DNA of 64,000 nucleotides from a virus (Duplodnaviria; Caudoviricetes): IMG/VR virus record IMGVR_UViG_3300029305_001653, positions 48,223 to 112,222 of that record; one strand, 5' to 3'. Shown piece by piece: positions 30,374 to 40,064 of this stretch (position 1 is its first letter; each line of letters starts with the position of its first letter). The notes under the pieces were generated by a model. It saw only the letters and a program-made list of their open reading frames with translations, ran no database searches and was not told where the DNA came from. The position numbers and the translations under genes were made by a program.

Positions 30374-31052
30374 GGTATTTTTAGGTGTAGGTCATGGAGG
30401 TAAAGATCCAGGAGCTACTGCAAATGGATTAGTAGAAGCGGATATTAATCTAGTTATTGCACTGTCCTGTAGAGATGTCTTAGAACGTCATGGAGTTACT
30501 GTATTAATGAGTCGTTATAAAGATGAAGATGATATAGTATCAGAAGAGATTAAAGAATGTAATGCATTTAATCCTGACTTAGCTATAGATATCCATACTA
30601 ATGCAGGTGGAGGAGATGGTTTTGAAATATTCCACCACTATGGTGGAGGAGTATCAAAGACACTAGCTTCTAATATTAATAATGAAGTAATTTCTATAGG
30701 TCAGAATAGTAGAGGACTTAAGACTAAACTTAACTCTGCAGGAAAAGATTACTATGCATTCATCCGATCTACTAATGCACCTGCTGTAATAGCAGAGTGT
30801 GCATTCATTGATAATAAAACAGACATCCAGATTATTAATAGTGTTGAGAAACAATTAGTATTCGGAGTAGCTTACGCTAAAGGAATTCTTAAGACTCTAG
30901 GTATCACATATCAAGATGAAAGACCTTGGTATGCAGATGCTAGAGACTGGTGTATGAGGAAGAATATTACCGATGGTACAAACCCTCAGAACTATGCAAC
31001 AAGAGCTGAAATCTGGACTATGCTATATCGTACATTTAGTCAGATGAATTAA
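30366..31052 (+). CDS. Endolysin: N-acetylmuramoyl-L-alanine amidase (Amidase_3) with SLH-like C-terminus
   Basis: GHGGKDPGA, IDIHTNA, AVIAECAFIDN; C-terminal WY...TRAE SLH-like pattern. Confidence 0.9.
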   Translation: MAKVFLGVGHGGKDPGATANGLVEADINLVIALSCRDVLERHGVTVLMSRYKDEDDIVSEEIKECNAFNPDLAIDIHTNAGGGDGFEIFHHYGGGVSKTLASNINNEVISIGQNSRGLKTKLNSAGKDYYAFIRSTNAPAVIAECAFIDNKTDIQIINSVEKQLVFGVAYAKGILKTLGITYQDERPWYADARDWCMRKNITDGTNPQNYATRAEIWTMLYRTFSQMN

Positions 31053-31058
31053 TTGAGT

Positions 31059-31094
31059 GATACTCGTAAGATACCCTTACGAGTATCTTCTTTT
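31059..31094 (+). terminator. Intrinsic terminator after lysis cassette
   Basis: GATACTCGTAAG-ATACC-CTTACGAGTATC followed by TTCTTTT. Confidence 0.8.
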
Positions 31095-31186
31095 ATAAAT
31101 ATGAAGTACTACACTATAATAGTTTACTATCATTTAGATGTAAGTAACTAGTTTAGTGAATAATCACAGAAAGAAGGTGACTAATC

Positions 31187-31921
31187 TTGGCAATTGCGGT
31201 TAATGGAGGTCACGTATCGAGAGCTTTAGATTTCTATAATACAGATAGTAAATACTTCATCATAGGAGGTACTACTCCTTGGGAAGACGATACTACTCCT
31301 CTCTCTCCTAGTGTCGAAGATTATAAACTAATTGATGTCGTAGGTCTTAAAAAAGTAGATAATACATATATGGTAATACCGACAGATGAGACAGAAAATG
31401 TCATATCGTATCGTAATCAAAATTGGAAGAGAGTAGAACCTCAGATAAAAACTACTATAGGTACTACAGGAGTTACTGCAGGGTCTAAAGTAATTACCGT
31501 ATTCTCTGTAGCAGGGTTGACTGTAGGAGCTAAAGTACGTGTAAATAATCTGTATGAAGGTAAAATAACTAATATATCAGGACTATCTCTTACTCTAGAT
31601 ACAGAAGCTCCAGTTAGTATTCCTGCAGGTAGCGAAGTACTAGGAGGAGCTCTTGTAGAGGGAGCAAAGTATGTATACGTAGACTGTTATTTAGAATATG
31701 ATAACTTCCCTCTAGTTACTTATAGACAGATAGGACTCTGTACTAATGTAGTCCCAGTAGAAAATATTGACAGAAATATACTAAGATCTGCTCGCTATAA
31801 TCCTACTAAGAATGAAGATGAATATACATCTTTAGGTATCTTAGAAGTATTAGATAATAGAGTCCCTGGTACTAGAGACATAGATCAGCGTGAGCTACTA
31901 TCGCTTATAATAGAATTTTAA
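31187..31921 (+). CDS. Baseplate wedge protein (gp8-like)
   Basis: YFIIGGTTPW...YRQIGL...DNR..R..DQRE..IIEF pattern preceding the DUF4815-like gene. Confidence 0.7.
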   Translation: MAIAVNGGHVSRALDFYNTDSKYFIIGGTTPWEDDTTPLSPSVEDYKLIDVVGLKKVDNTYMVIPTDETENVISYRNQNWKRVEPQIKTTIGTTGVTAGSKVITVFSVAGLTVGAKVRVNNLYEGKITNISGLSLTLDTEAPVSIPAGSEVLGGALVEGAKYVYVDCYLEYDNFPLVTYRQIGLCTNVVPVENIDRNILRSARYNPTKNEDEYTSLGILEVLDNRVPGTRDIDQRELLSLIIEF

Positions 31922-31970
31922 GTCTTGATATCTATGTGTATATAATCTAGTAAAGGAGGATTATCTAGTC

Positions 31971-34900
31971 ATGCCGAAATTTAATCAGTCAGTAGCTCCT
32001 TACTATAATATTAGAGACAATAAGGAGCAATACCCTCATTACTCACAGTATACTCAATTACTTGCTGTACCTGGGCGTGTAGCACAAGCTAGAGAACTTA
32101 CTGAGATTCAGTCTACTGTAAAAGATATTGTAAAATCTCTAGGAGATAGTATCCTAAAAGACGGTAACGTAATAGAAGGATGTCAAGTCATAGTAAATGA
32201 TGATAAAAGTACTGTTACAGTTACAGCAGGAAGAGTCTATCTAAATGGTATGGTATTACCTGTAGAAGAAACTACTATAGGTATCACAGGAAAAGGTACT
32301 GAAATCATAGGATTCAAGTTAATTGAGACTCTGATTACAGAGAACGAAGATATCACCTTGAGAGATCCAGCACAAGGGTATGATAATTTCAATCAAGCTG
32401 GATGTCATCGTATTAAGAGTGAAGTAAGCGTAATAAAAGTAGGAGAGAATGATTCAGACTATGCTATATTAACTACTCTAGCAGACGGAGCTGTGACAGT
32501 AGAGAAATACGCTCCAGAGTATGATGTACTTACTCAGACTTTAGCTAGAAGAACATACGATGAATCAGGTTCCTATATCGTAGAAGGATTAACTGTCAGA
32601 GTAGAGGATAATATAACTAACAGTAATAAGGTAAATGTAGTAATAGAGTCAGGTAAAGCTTATGTATTAGGTTATGAATTGAAAATACCTGCTCCTAGAA
32701 GAATTGAAATAGATAGAGCTCTAACTACTGAGCAGCCTATCAATCCAGCTACTGGGCTCTACCGTACGGGTATCAATAGTTATAAGATACATGATGATCC
32801 TTATATATCATCCATCAAACAAGTAACAGGGTATAAATCTCATGTAGAAAATTTAGGAGCTCCTGCTACTAATACTGCGGAAATCCCTCTAGAAAAATCT
32901 ACTATAGAAACACAACAGCAGTATGATGGAAAATATACTTACCATATTGAAGGATACGAGGCAGGAGTCGATTATGAAATCTATCCTGAAGGAAACTATT
33001 GTTTCCTAGTATGGAAAGGTACTAATAACTACCCTACTAGTTCTTACAATGTATCATATAGGTACATTCATACATTTGAGTCAGGCGTAGACTATGAATT
33101 GCATCATAATGAATCGGATAACAGTCATGAAATTAAATGGATATCTAGTAATACTCCTCTAGTAGGTACGACTTTTACAGTAGTGTATGAACAGTATCTA
33201 GCTCGTAAAGACGTAGTATATATAGATCAGTATGGAGATATATCTGTAGTACAAGGCACTCCTGCACAGTATAACTTTGAATTGACTCCAGGAGCTCCTG
33301 TTAATACTCTAACTCTTGCTACTATCTCGAGTCCTCCAGGAGGAAATAATTCGAATAATAGTAAATTAAAAATCATTACATCTAATGTAGGATTGACTAG
33401 ATTCACAATGAATGATATCCAGAAGATATTAAATCGCATCAAAACTCTGGAGTATGATCAGACTATCCTTTCATTGAATGATGAAGCTAGACAATATGAA
33501 ACTACTAGTGAGAAGAGAGGCATCTTTACAGACCCACTTATAGACTTCTCTAAGATAGATTATACTTACAACTTAGAAGATGGAGTAGCTGTAGATCCTA
33601 CATTACCTATCTATGACGCTACTATAGATACTGATAGCAATATGAGTTATTTGCCTGTAAATACTAGAGCTTATGATGCAACTCCTAGTAACTTAAGTAC
33701 TGCTAATATATCAGGTAGAACTGCTACACTAGCAGTCACAGGAGAGTCTGTAGTATTGTCTCAATTGTACGCTACTAAATCTTTTTTAGTTAATCCGTAT
33801 ACTACATTCCCTCAATTACCTGAAATATCTATCACACCTGCTGTAGATACTTGGATAGATGAAACTCTCATCACAGTGCCTGTATCTAGATCTACTACTG
33901 AAGTAATACAAGCCTCTACTAGACATATATCGAACTGGGGTAGAGCTTCTGGATCTAGTACTACGGATACAGCTATAGGTCAGAGAGTAGATACATTTAG
34001 TGAAGAATCTATTGTAGCAGAGTCCTCTATAAAGTACATAAGAAGAAGAGAAATAGAAGTAGATGGTAGTCTATTCCCTCCAAATTTAGAAAATATCAAA
34101 TGTTACTTCGATGGAGTAGAAGTTCCTTTGATAGCTACAGGAGATACAGAAGCAGGAGAAGGAGGTTCAGTTAAATCTAATGAATCTGGAGCTTTCACTG
34201 CTAAATTTACTATACCTGAGAATATCCTTACAGGTATAAGAGAAGTTAGATTATCTTCGGATGTAAAAGTCGATGGCTATGAAACTTCTGCATTTGCTTT
34301 ATATCAAGCTTCAGGTACTTCTAGGACAATACAACGCACGGTAACTACATTAACTACTGTATTACTGAATAGAGTTACTACAGTAAATACTATAGTATCT
34401 CCTATCGATCCTGTAGGTCAGACTTTCGTATTAGACAGAATGACTTTGGTTAGTGGTATTGATCTTTATTTCGAGTCCAAACCTACAGGTAACGTACCTA
34501 TCACCTGCGATATAAGAGAAGTGATAAATGGAAATATCACATCTACTGTATATGGTCACTCAACTCTACCTGCAGATAGTGTACTTATTAGTAGTGATAG
34601 TAGTGTAGCTACAAGATTTAAATTTGATACTCCTGTTCTACTAGAAGAGAATAAAGAGTATGCATTCGTAGTGAGATCTACATCTCCTAACTATAGATTA
34701 TGGGTAGCTGAACTCGGAAGTAGCGATATCTTATCAGGAAATTTAGTATTGTCTAATCCGTACCTCATAGGTGTAATGATGTCTTCTTCGAACAATAGTT
34801 CATGGACTACTCATCAGACTATGGATATAAAGTTTAGATTAGTAGAAAATACTTACAGTAATACTTCTGACATATATTTTGGTAGTATTACTAGTGAGGA

Positions 34901-35483
34901 AGAGTTCGGTAGGATATATTTATTAGCAGAGTCTGCTATATTAGAAGGCACTACTGTGACCTGGTACTATAGTGTGGATGATGGAGTAACTTACAGAGAG
35001 ATATCTCCTTATGATATATTAGTGCTAAATCAGACGGCGGAAACTATTAATATTAAAGCTACTTTAGCTAAATCCGTAAGACCTAATTTATCTCTGACTC
35101 ACTTATCTCCTATCGTAGCACTGGATACTATAGGAGTTGTATTGTCTAGTTACGACACTCTAGGGTGGTATATAACTGATAAAGTCCCTGGTATAGATCC
35201 TTACACTAACGTAGATGTAGTAATTGATACTTACAATACTAATAATACTTCTATGGAAGTATATGTAGCTTCAGTAGAGAAACCTACAGCTGATGATTTG
35301 ATAAAAGCTACTATAAATAAATCTTCGGATTTGAATTACGGATGGAAGCAACTTACTTATAAAGCTACTGTACCAGATTTAGGTCAAGATACAGACTACT
35401 ATCTAAGAGTATATATCAAAATGGGGAGTACTCTTAAATATGAGACTCCTGCATTCAGAAGATTGAGAGTGATAATGTCGTGA
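31971..35483 (+). CDS. DUF4815-like large baseplate/adsorption protein
   Basis: PGRVAQARELTEIQ, LARRTYDESGSY, GKAYVLGYE, DPVGQTF, SSNNSSWT motifs. Confidence 0.85.
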   Translation: MPKFNQSVAPYYNIRDNKEQYPHYSQYTQLLAVPGRVAQARELTEIQSTVKDIVKSLGDSILKDGNVIEGCQVIVNDDKSTVTVTAGRVYLNGMVLPVEETTIGITGKGTEIIGFKLIETLITENEDITLRDPAQGYDNFNQAGCHRIKSEVSVIKVGENDSDYAILTTLADGAVTVEKYAPEYDVLTQTLARRTYDESGSYIVEGLTVRVEDNITNSNKVNVVIESGKAYVLGYELKIPAPRRIEIDRALTTEQPINPATGLYRTGINSYKIHDDPYISSIKQVTGYKSHVENLGAPATNTAEIPLEKSTIETQQQYDGKYTYHIEGYEAGVDYEIYPEGNYCFLVWKGTNNYPTSSYNVSYRYIHTFESGVDYELHHNESDNSHEIKWISSNTPLVGTTFTVVYEQYLARKDVVYIDQYGDISVVQGTPAQYNFELTPGAPVNTLTLATISSPPGGNNSNNSKLKIITSNVGLTRFTMNDIQKILNRIKTLEYDQTILSLNDEARQYETTSEKRGIFTDPLIDFSKIDYTYNLEDGVAVDPTLPIYDATIDTDSNMSYLPVNTRAYDATPSNLSTANISGRTATLAVTGESVVLSQLYATKSFLVNPYTTFPQLPEISITPAVDTWIDETLITVPVSRSTTEVIQASTRHISNWGRASGSSTTDTAIGQRVDTFSEESIVAESSIKYIRRREIEVDGSLFPPNLENIKCYFDGVEVPLIATGDTEAGEGGSVKSNESGAFTAKFTIPENILTGIREVRLSSDVKVDGYETSAFALYQASGTSRTIQRTVTTLTTVLLNRVTTVNTIVSPIDPVGQTFVLDRMTLVSGIDLYFESKPTGNVPITCDIREVINGNITSTVYGHSTLPADSVLISSDSSVATRFKFDTPVLLEENKEYAFVVRSTSPNYRLWVAELGSSDILSGNLVLSNPYLIGVMMSSSNNSSWTTHQTMDIKFRLVENTYSNTSDIYFGSITSEEEFGRIYLLAESAILEGTTVTWYYSVDDGVTYREISPYDILVLNQTAETINIKATLAKSVRPNLSLTHLSPIVALDTIGVVLSSYDTLGWYITDKVPGIDPYTNVDVVIDTYNTNNTSMEVYVASVEKPTADDLIKATINKSSDLNYGWKQLTYKATVPDLGQDTDYYLRVYIKMGSTLKYETPAFRRLRVIMS

Positions 35484-35650
35484 GAAAAGAAATCGTAGAT
35501 CCTAAGAATGGAGCAATACTTTTCAAGAAAACAGAGGAGACTATAACTCTAGAAATCCTTGTAGGTAAAGTGAAAGATCTAGAGAGTAGAAATAAGAAAC
35601 TTGAAAAGCGTTTATCAGAGATAGAAAAATTACTAAAAAAGGACTCGTAA
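35480..35650 (+). CDS. Small coiled-coil protein following DUF4815-like gene (not in ORF track)
   Basis: Read manually: MRKEIVDPKNGAILFKK...LEKRLSEIEKLLKKDS; GTGA overlap with upstream stop. Confidence 0.65.
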   Translation: MRKEIVDPKNGAILFKKTEETITLEILVGKVKDLESRNKKLEKRLSEIEKLLKKDS

Positions 35651-35661
35651 GAGTCCTTTTT
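35636..35661 (+). terminator. Intrinsic terminator ending structural module
   Basis: AAAAAGGACTC-GTAA-GAGTCCTTTTT. Confidence 0.8.
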
Positions 35662-35678
35662 CTTTTATAAATTATTAG

Positions 35679-35717
35679 AGGGAAATAGAATTTTATCACG
35701 TATTATGATAATGTAAG
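35679..35717 (+). promoter_or_regulatory. Class I phage promoter upstream of sigma factor gene
   Basis: AGGGA-N13-CACGTATTATGATAATGTAAG. Confidence 0.8.
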
Positions 35718-35757
35718 GAAGAACCTCATCGTGAAATTAACTTAAAGGAGTACATCT

Positions 35758-36363
35758 ATGAATAACAACATTGACTGGAAAGAGATAGAAGATAAAATAG
35801 CTATCATCTGTTACAAATTTAGTAACTTATCTTCATACCATGAAGATTTAGCACAAGAGCTTAGAATCCACGCCTACTATGTCTCAGATAATTATTATGA
35901 CTTGTATCGTAAAGCTATAGACTTCTGGAGAAAGTTACAATCTAGACAGTCTCCTGAAGTTCCTTACTTTGATTTAGAACTTTTAGGAGGTTCCTATTCC
36001 ATGGAGAAAGAAGCTACAGATCAGTTTAACGATATAGTATTTCTTATCCGTAAGGAATTAAATAGATTTCCTCAGAGTAAGTGGGATAGTAATAAGATAG
36101 ACGTAGCTACGAAACTTTTAGATATCATCTTAGAAGATATAGACCCTAAGAAGGTAGAAGGTAATTCTGATATAGTAGGAGATTCTAATCTTAACCACTA
36201 TATCAATCATAGACTAAATTTATCATGGGTTTCTGAAGAGACAGGTATCGGATATAAACAGATAGTTATGGCTATGAAACTCTTAGAAGATATAGTTAGA
36301 GGATTACATGCTATGAAGAAGATAGAGATTCCTTTAGAGTATTTCCAGGGATACTACGAATAA
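35758..36363 (+). CDS. Phage ECF-like RNA polymerase sigma factor
   Basis: Region-2-like EDLAQE and RKAIDFWRK; C-terminal HTH-like LSWVSEETGIGYKQIVMAM. Confidence 0.65.
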   Translation: MNNNIDWKEIEDKIAIICYKFSNLSSYHEDLAQELRIHAYYVSDNYYDLYRKAIDFWRKLQSRQSPEVPYFDLELLGGSYSMEKEATDQFNDIVFLIRKELNRFPQSKWDSNKIDVATKLLDIILEDIDPKKVEGNSDIVGDSNLNHYINHRLNLSWVSEETGIGYKQIVMAMKLLEDIVRGLHAMKKIEIPLEYFQGYYE

Positions 36364-36385
36364 TCTTCCTTACAATTGAATAACA

Positions 36386-36420
36386 AATAAGAGCTCCTAG
36401 ACGATCTAGGAGCTCTTATT
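36386..36420. terminator. Bidirectional terminator between convergent sigma gene and modification operon
   Basis: AATAAGAGCTCCTAGA-CGA-TCTAGGAGCTCTTATT. Confidence 0.8.
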
Positions 36421-36495
36421 ATTTTAAGGTTAGGCGTGGAAGGAAACTCATAAATAGACTGTTGTAGAGTCAATATTGTAGTGAATTAACCTATC

Positions 36496-37575
36496 TCAAG
36501 TCTCATTCACTACAGTGTCAATATGATTTACGATAGTCTCGTAATGAGACAAGATATTCTCCTCTACTAAATCATACAAGGTACTTACTCTCTCTAATCT
36601 TTCTTCTTCTGACAAACTTCCTAATATATCAGGTAGATCCTTATAATTAGTCTTACTTACTCTTATAGCAGAGTTGAATCCTAACCAGTCAGGTGTAGAT
36701 TCTTGACAAAGTACAGGTAGACATCCTTCTCTGATAGCTTCCATAGTAGCTATCTCTACTCTAGGTTGATGATTACGTAATCCCATATTCCTCATCAAGA
36801 ATAAGAAATTCCAATGGTACTTGACATCTTCTAATAATCTAGGTACTTGACTAGGCTCAAAATATCCTAAATCATGATAAGACTCTGTAGGTAATTCTTC
36901 CATCTTTAAATTATACCAGTAACTCTGATGAGATCCTGCAGCATACACTTCTATACCATTCTTTACAAAATCATCAGACATAGACAAGTACTCATAAATC
37001 CTTTTTGCTGTAGTCCATCTGCAGGTAGACATAATCTTATTACTCTTCTTCTTAGCTTTCTCTAGTATCTTCTCTTTAGGAGGTAATAAAGGACTGAAGC
37101 TAACATACTCCCAATCTCCACAGATATCAATATAGTCATCGAAGCAGTCTGCCATACCAGGACAATTGAACATAACAAATGTCATATTAGGATGATTAAG
37201 AAAATTCATGTGATAAGGGTAAAGTTTCCTATCATTCTCCTCATGACATATGAATGTAAACTTCTTAGTATGGTTCAATACATCTATATACTTATCAGGA
37301 GTAGCTTCATTATACTTTTCGTAAGTCAGACCTGGGGAAGAGAATATTACGAAATCATAATTAGAGAGTATCGAAGGATTAGAGTGATACTCTACAGCTT
37401 CAGCTAAAGGAGACTTGTAGTTCTTATTATCACGTAATGTAATTAAATCTACATCTTTTATGTATCTACGTAATTGATCTGCTAGGTAAATAGGAGCAGA
37501 AGAAGCTCCACCTACTTCTCCAGGACCAAATCCATTGTGAAATGTACATATACAAACTTTAAAATTATCTCTCAT
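36496..37575 (-). CDS. GT-B glycosyltransferase resembling T4 DNA alpha-glucosyltransferase
   Basis: N-terminal CICTF..G..GG; CRWTTAKR; RVEIATMEAIREGCLPV (E-x4-E..G..PV) as recalled for T4 AGT. Confidence 0.75.
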   Translation of the reverse strand: MRDNFKVCICTFHNGFGPGEVGGASSAPIYLADQLRRYIKDVDLITLRDNKNYKSPLAEAVEYHSNPSILSNYDFVIFSSPGLTYEKYNEATPDKYIDVLNHTKKFTFICHEENDRKLYPYHMNFLNHPNMTFVMFNCPGMADCFDDYIDICGDWEYVSFSPLLPPKEKILEKAKKKSNKIMSTCRWTTAKRIYEYLSMSDDFVKNGIEVYAAGSHQSYWYNLKMEELPTESYHDLGYFEPSQVPRLLEDVKYHWNFLFLMRNMGLRNHQPRVEIATMEAIREGCLPVLCQESTPDWLGFNSAIRVSKTNYKDLPDILGSLSEEERLERVSTLYDLVEENILSHYETIVNHIDTVVNET

Positions 37576-37585
37576 ACTCTACTCC

Positions 37586-37873
37586 TTAATACTTTGCTAT
37601 ATAGTATTCAGCATACTCCGTGAGATCTATACCTTCTATTACTGCTCTAGCTTCTAAGATTGCTAGATAATCTGCCATAGCTCTAACTTGAATATTGTAA
37701 GTGCTACGAGGACATGTAGGCTTAAATCCTATGATCTCTTCTCCTCCGAAATCCCACTTACTCAGTAGATCTCTTAATTTATTATATCTTATAGCTAATT
37801 GTAAGTATTCAGATTTAAATCTTTCTTTATAATCTGAACTTGTCATCATAGAAATAGTATCTTTCAATTCCAT
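37586..37873 (-). CDS. crAss001_48-like helical hairpin protein
   Basis: DYKERFKSEYLQL.IRY.KL...PTCP...Q.RAM.DYL.ILE.RA pattern common in phages. Confidence 0.65.
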   Translation of the reverse strand: MELKDTISMMTSSDYKERFKSEYLQLAIRYNKLRDLLSKWDFGGEEIIGFKPTCPRSTYNIQVRAMADYLAILEARAVIEGIDLTEYAEYYIAKY

Positions 37874-37875
37874 AA

Positions 37876-38952
37876 TTAATTATCCTTTCCATCTAAATAT
37901 TTTATACAGAGATAACCATCTTCATCTACATAAGCCATATCAGGTAGTTTCCAGGAAGGGTTATACTTCATACGATCAGAGTATTTATAATTAGACCTTA
38001 ACTCAACTGTACGATTCTCCTCATCATATCCTAGTACATTATTAGGAGTAAGAGTAATCTTACCTATCTGAGTCATGAGAGCTAATATAGGCTTACTCCT
38101 ACCTGTCACATGTCCTGAATTCACTAGAGATTCGTAACAGTCTATCATCTTTGATACTGAAGGTCTTAGATGATGAGTACCTTTCATAGGTACTGCATGG
38201 AATAGATAATGAGCTTCTATTCCTCTCATTCTCATAGAGTGATATAGTTCAATGAGTTGCTTAGGAGTATCATTTACTCCCTTTAAGAAAACATTTTGAG
38301 AGTAGATAGTGATACCTATACTCTGTAATCTCTTTATTACATTATCTACATCTTCATCGAATTCAAGATGTGAATTTATTTGAGTAGCTACTTCTACTCT
38401 CTTGACTTTACTATATCTGCTAAGAACAGAATATATCTTCTCTGAGATGGTCTTAGGAGACTGAGTAATCATCCTAGTAGCTATACGATAAATTTGTACA
38501 TTAGGAGCTATATCATAGAGATAGCCTAAGAATTTACTAAGAGCCTTGATATTAGTAAATGGATCTCCTCCAGTAATCAATATCTCCTCGAATCCTTCAT
38601 CTCTGCAGTACTCAGCTATAGCTATCAGATTATCGTCAGTAAGTCTATAATGATCTTCATAATTACTCCTCAAACAGTATCTACAGTTAGAAGCACATCC
38701 CCAAGCTATCTCCACACATCCATGTCTTCGATATAACCTTTCAAGATTCTTTATAGAGTCTCCTTCACAATCTGCTTCATAGTGTCTATTATTCACTTCA
38801 TCAGTGACTATATCCTCTTCTTCCCTATATACGTACTGATTATATATAGACAAGTACTCCTCAGAATCTTTACCATATGTTTCTTCAAGAAAAGATAATT
38901 TATCTTTTAAGTGTTTACTTATCACTTGTCTGAATTCTTCTCTTCTACTCAA
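37876..38952 (-). CDS. KamA-family radical SAM aminomutase (lysine/glutamate 2,3-aminomutase-like)
   Basis: CASNCRYC, ITGGDP, YRIATR, SQNVFLKGVND, YLFH..GTHHLR, and GKI at the PLP-lysine position. Confidence 0.85.
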   Translation of the reverse strand: MSRREEFRQVISKHLKDKLSFLEETYGKDSEEYLSIYNQYVYREEEDIVTDEVNNRHYEADCEGDSIKNLERLYRRHGCVEIAWGCASNCRYCLRSNYEDHYRLTDDNLIAIAEYCRDEGFEEILITGGDPFTNIKALSKFLGYLYDIAPNVQIYRIATRMITQSPKTISEKIYSVLSRYSKVKRVEVATQINSHLEFDEDVDNVIKRLQSIGITIYSQNVFLKGVNDTPKQLIELYHSMRMRGIEAHYLFHAVPMKGTHHLRPSVSKMIDCYESLVNSGHVTGRSKPILALMTQIGKITLTPNNVLGYDEENRTVELRSNYKYSDRMKYNPSWKLPDMAYVDEDGYLCIKYLDGKDN

Positions 38953-40064
38953 TCTATATTCCTCCTAACTGACCTAATTTTGCCTGTATTCGAAACTTCA
39001 ATTAAACCGAATTTTACAGGAATATTCAGAGATAATTTATTACGTATCTCTACTCTGATATAGTCTACTATTTCCTCATTATGGATATAATCTACACTGC
39101 TAATTATTAACTCTGCGTACTCAATAGGATCTTCTCTAGAGACACGTAACTGACTGATAAGATCAGGACATCCATAGAGTAATCCAGCCTCTGCTACGAT
39201 GTCTCTAATAGTATTAGGATAAACATTTAATCCTCTTATGACTAACATTTCATCTGATCTTCCTAATATATTGAATCTAAAGTTAGGTCCATCAGACAGA
39301 ACTTCTACGATATCTCCTACATTGTAGTTGATACGATTAATAAGTCCTCCCTCATATGTAGTAGTGATGAGTAACTCTCCTACTAAACCCTTTTTAGGAG
39401 GTAGAATCTGATCTCCTACTTTAATACTAGCAAAAGCAATATCATCTGCTAAGAATTGAAGACTATCTCTAGTATAATAATTCTCAGAAGCTAACATTGA
39501 GATACTATCAGCAGAGCCATAATTAGCATTCAAAGCTTCAATACCCCACTCTTCCTCAATATTTTTCCTAAAATTAGGATTCTGGATACCACTTTCTCCT
39601 CCGAAAAATCCATACTTGAGTCCAAGATTCCTAGGACTCATATTAAATTCATCCTTGAGAACTTCTTTAATTTTGTACATATAAGAAGGAGTACAAGAGA
39701 TACCTTCAATATTATAGTACATGATAGTATTAATCAATTCTTTAGTGTTACCTACTCCGTAAGGAAATACAGCAGCTCCTGCTTTCATAAGACTAGTACA
39801 GTCTACGAATCCTCCAGACCACATCTGGAAATTAAGGCAGTGTATTATCCTCATACCTGGACGAACTCCTGCATTAATGAAGCATCTAGCTCCTACATCA
39901 GTAATCTTCTCGAAATCTATCTTGTTCATAGCTATAGACAAAGGAACTCCTGATGTAGAACCTGAGGTTCTCACTACTAAATTAATATCTCTTTCTTTTA
40001 CTTCAGAAACTCCTAAATGATTAGTAGACTGAAAAGATAGTAAATCTGACTTATAAGTAATCAT
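38949..40064 (-). CDS. Phenylacetate-CoA ligase (PaaK)-like adenylate-forming enzyme
   Basis: TSGSTSG loop, YGSAD, YNVGD, GRSDEMLVIRGLNVYP, TGKIR. Confidence 0.85.
   Translation of the reverse strand: MITYKSDLLSFQSTNHLGVSEVKERDINLVVRTSGSTSGVPLSIAMNKIDFEKITDVGARCFINAGVRPGMRIIHCLNFQMWSGGFVDCTSLMKAGAAVFPYGVGNTKELINTIMYYNIEGISCTPSYMYKIKEVLKDEFNMSPRNLGLKYGFFGGESGIQNPNFRKNIEEEWGIEALNANYGSADSISMLASENYYTRDSLQFLADDIAFASIKVGDQILPPKKGLVGELLITTTYEGGLINRINYNVGDIVEVLSDGPNFRFNILGRSDEMLVIRGLNVYPNTIRDIVAEAGLLYGCPDLISQLRVSREDPIEYAELIISSVDYIHNEEIVDYIRVEIRNKLSLNIPVKFGLIEVSNTGKIRSVRRNID

Noticed and set aside
2605-31125. Late promoter motif TAYACTA near 2612, 19170, 30093 and 31110
   Set aside because: Too short and AT-rich to distinguish from background without a statistical scan.
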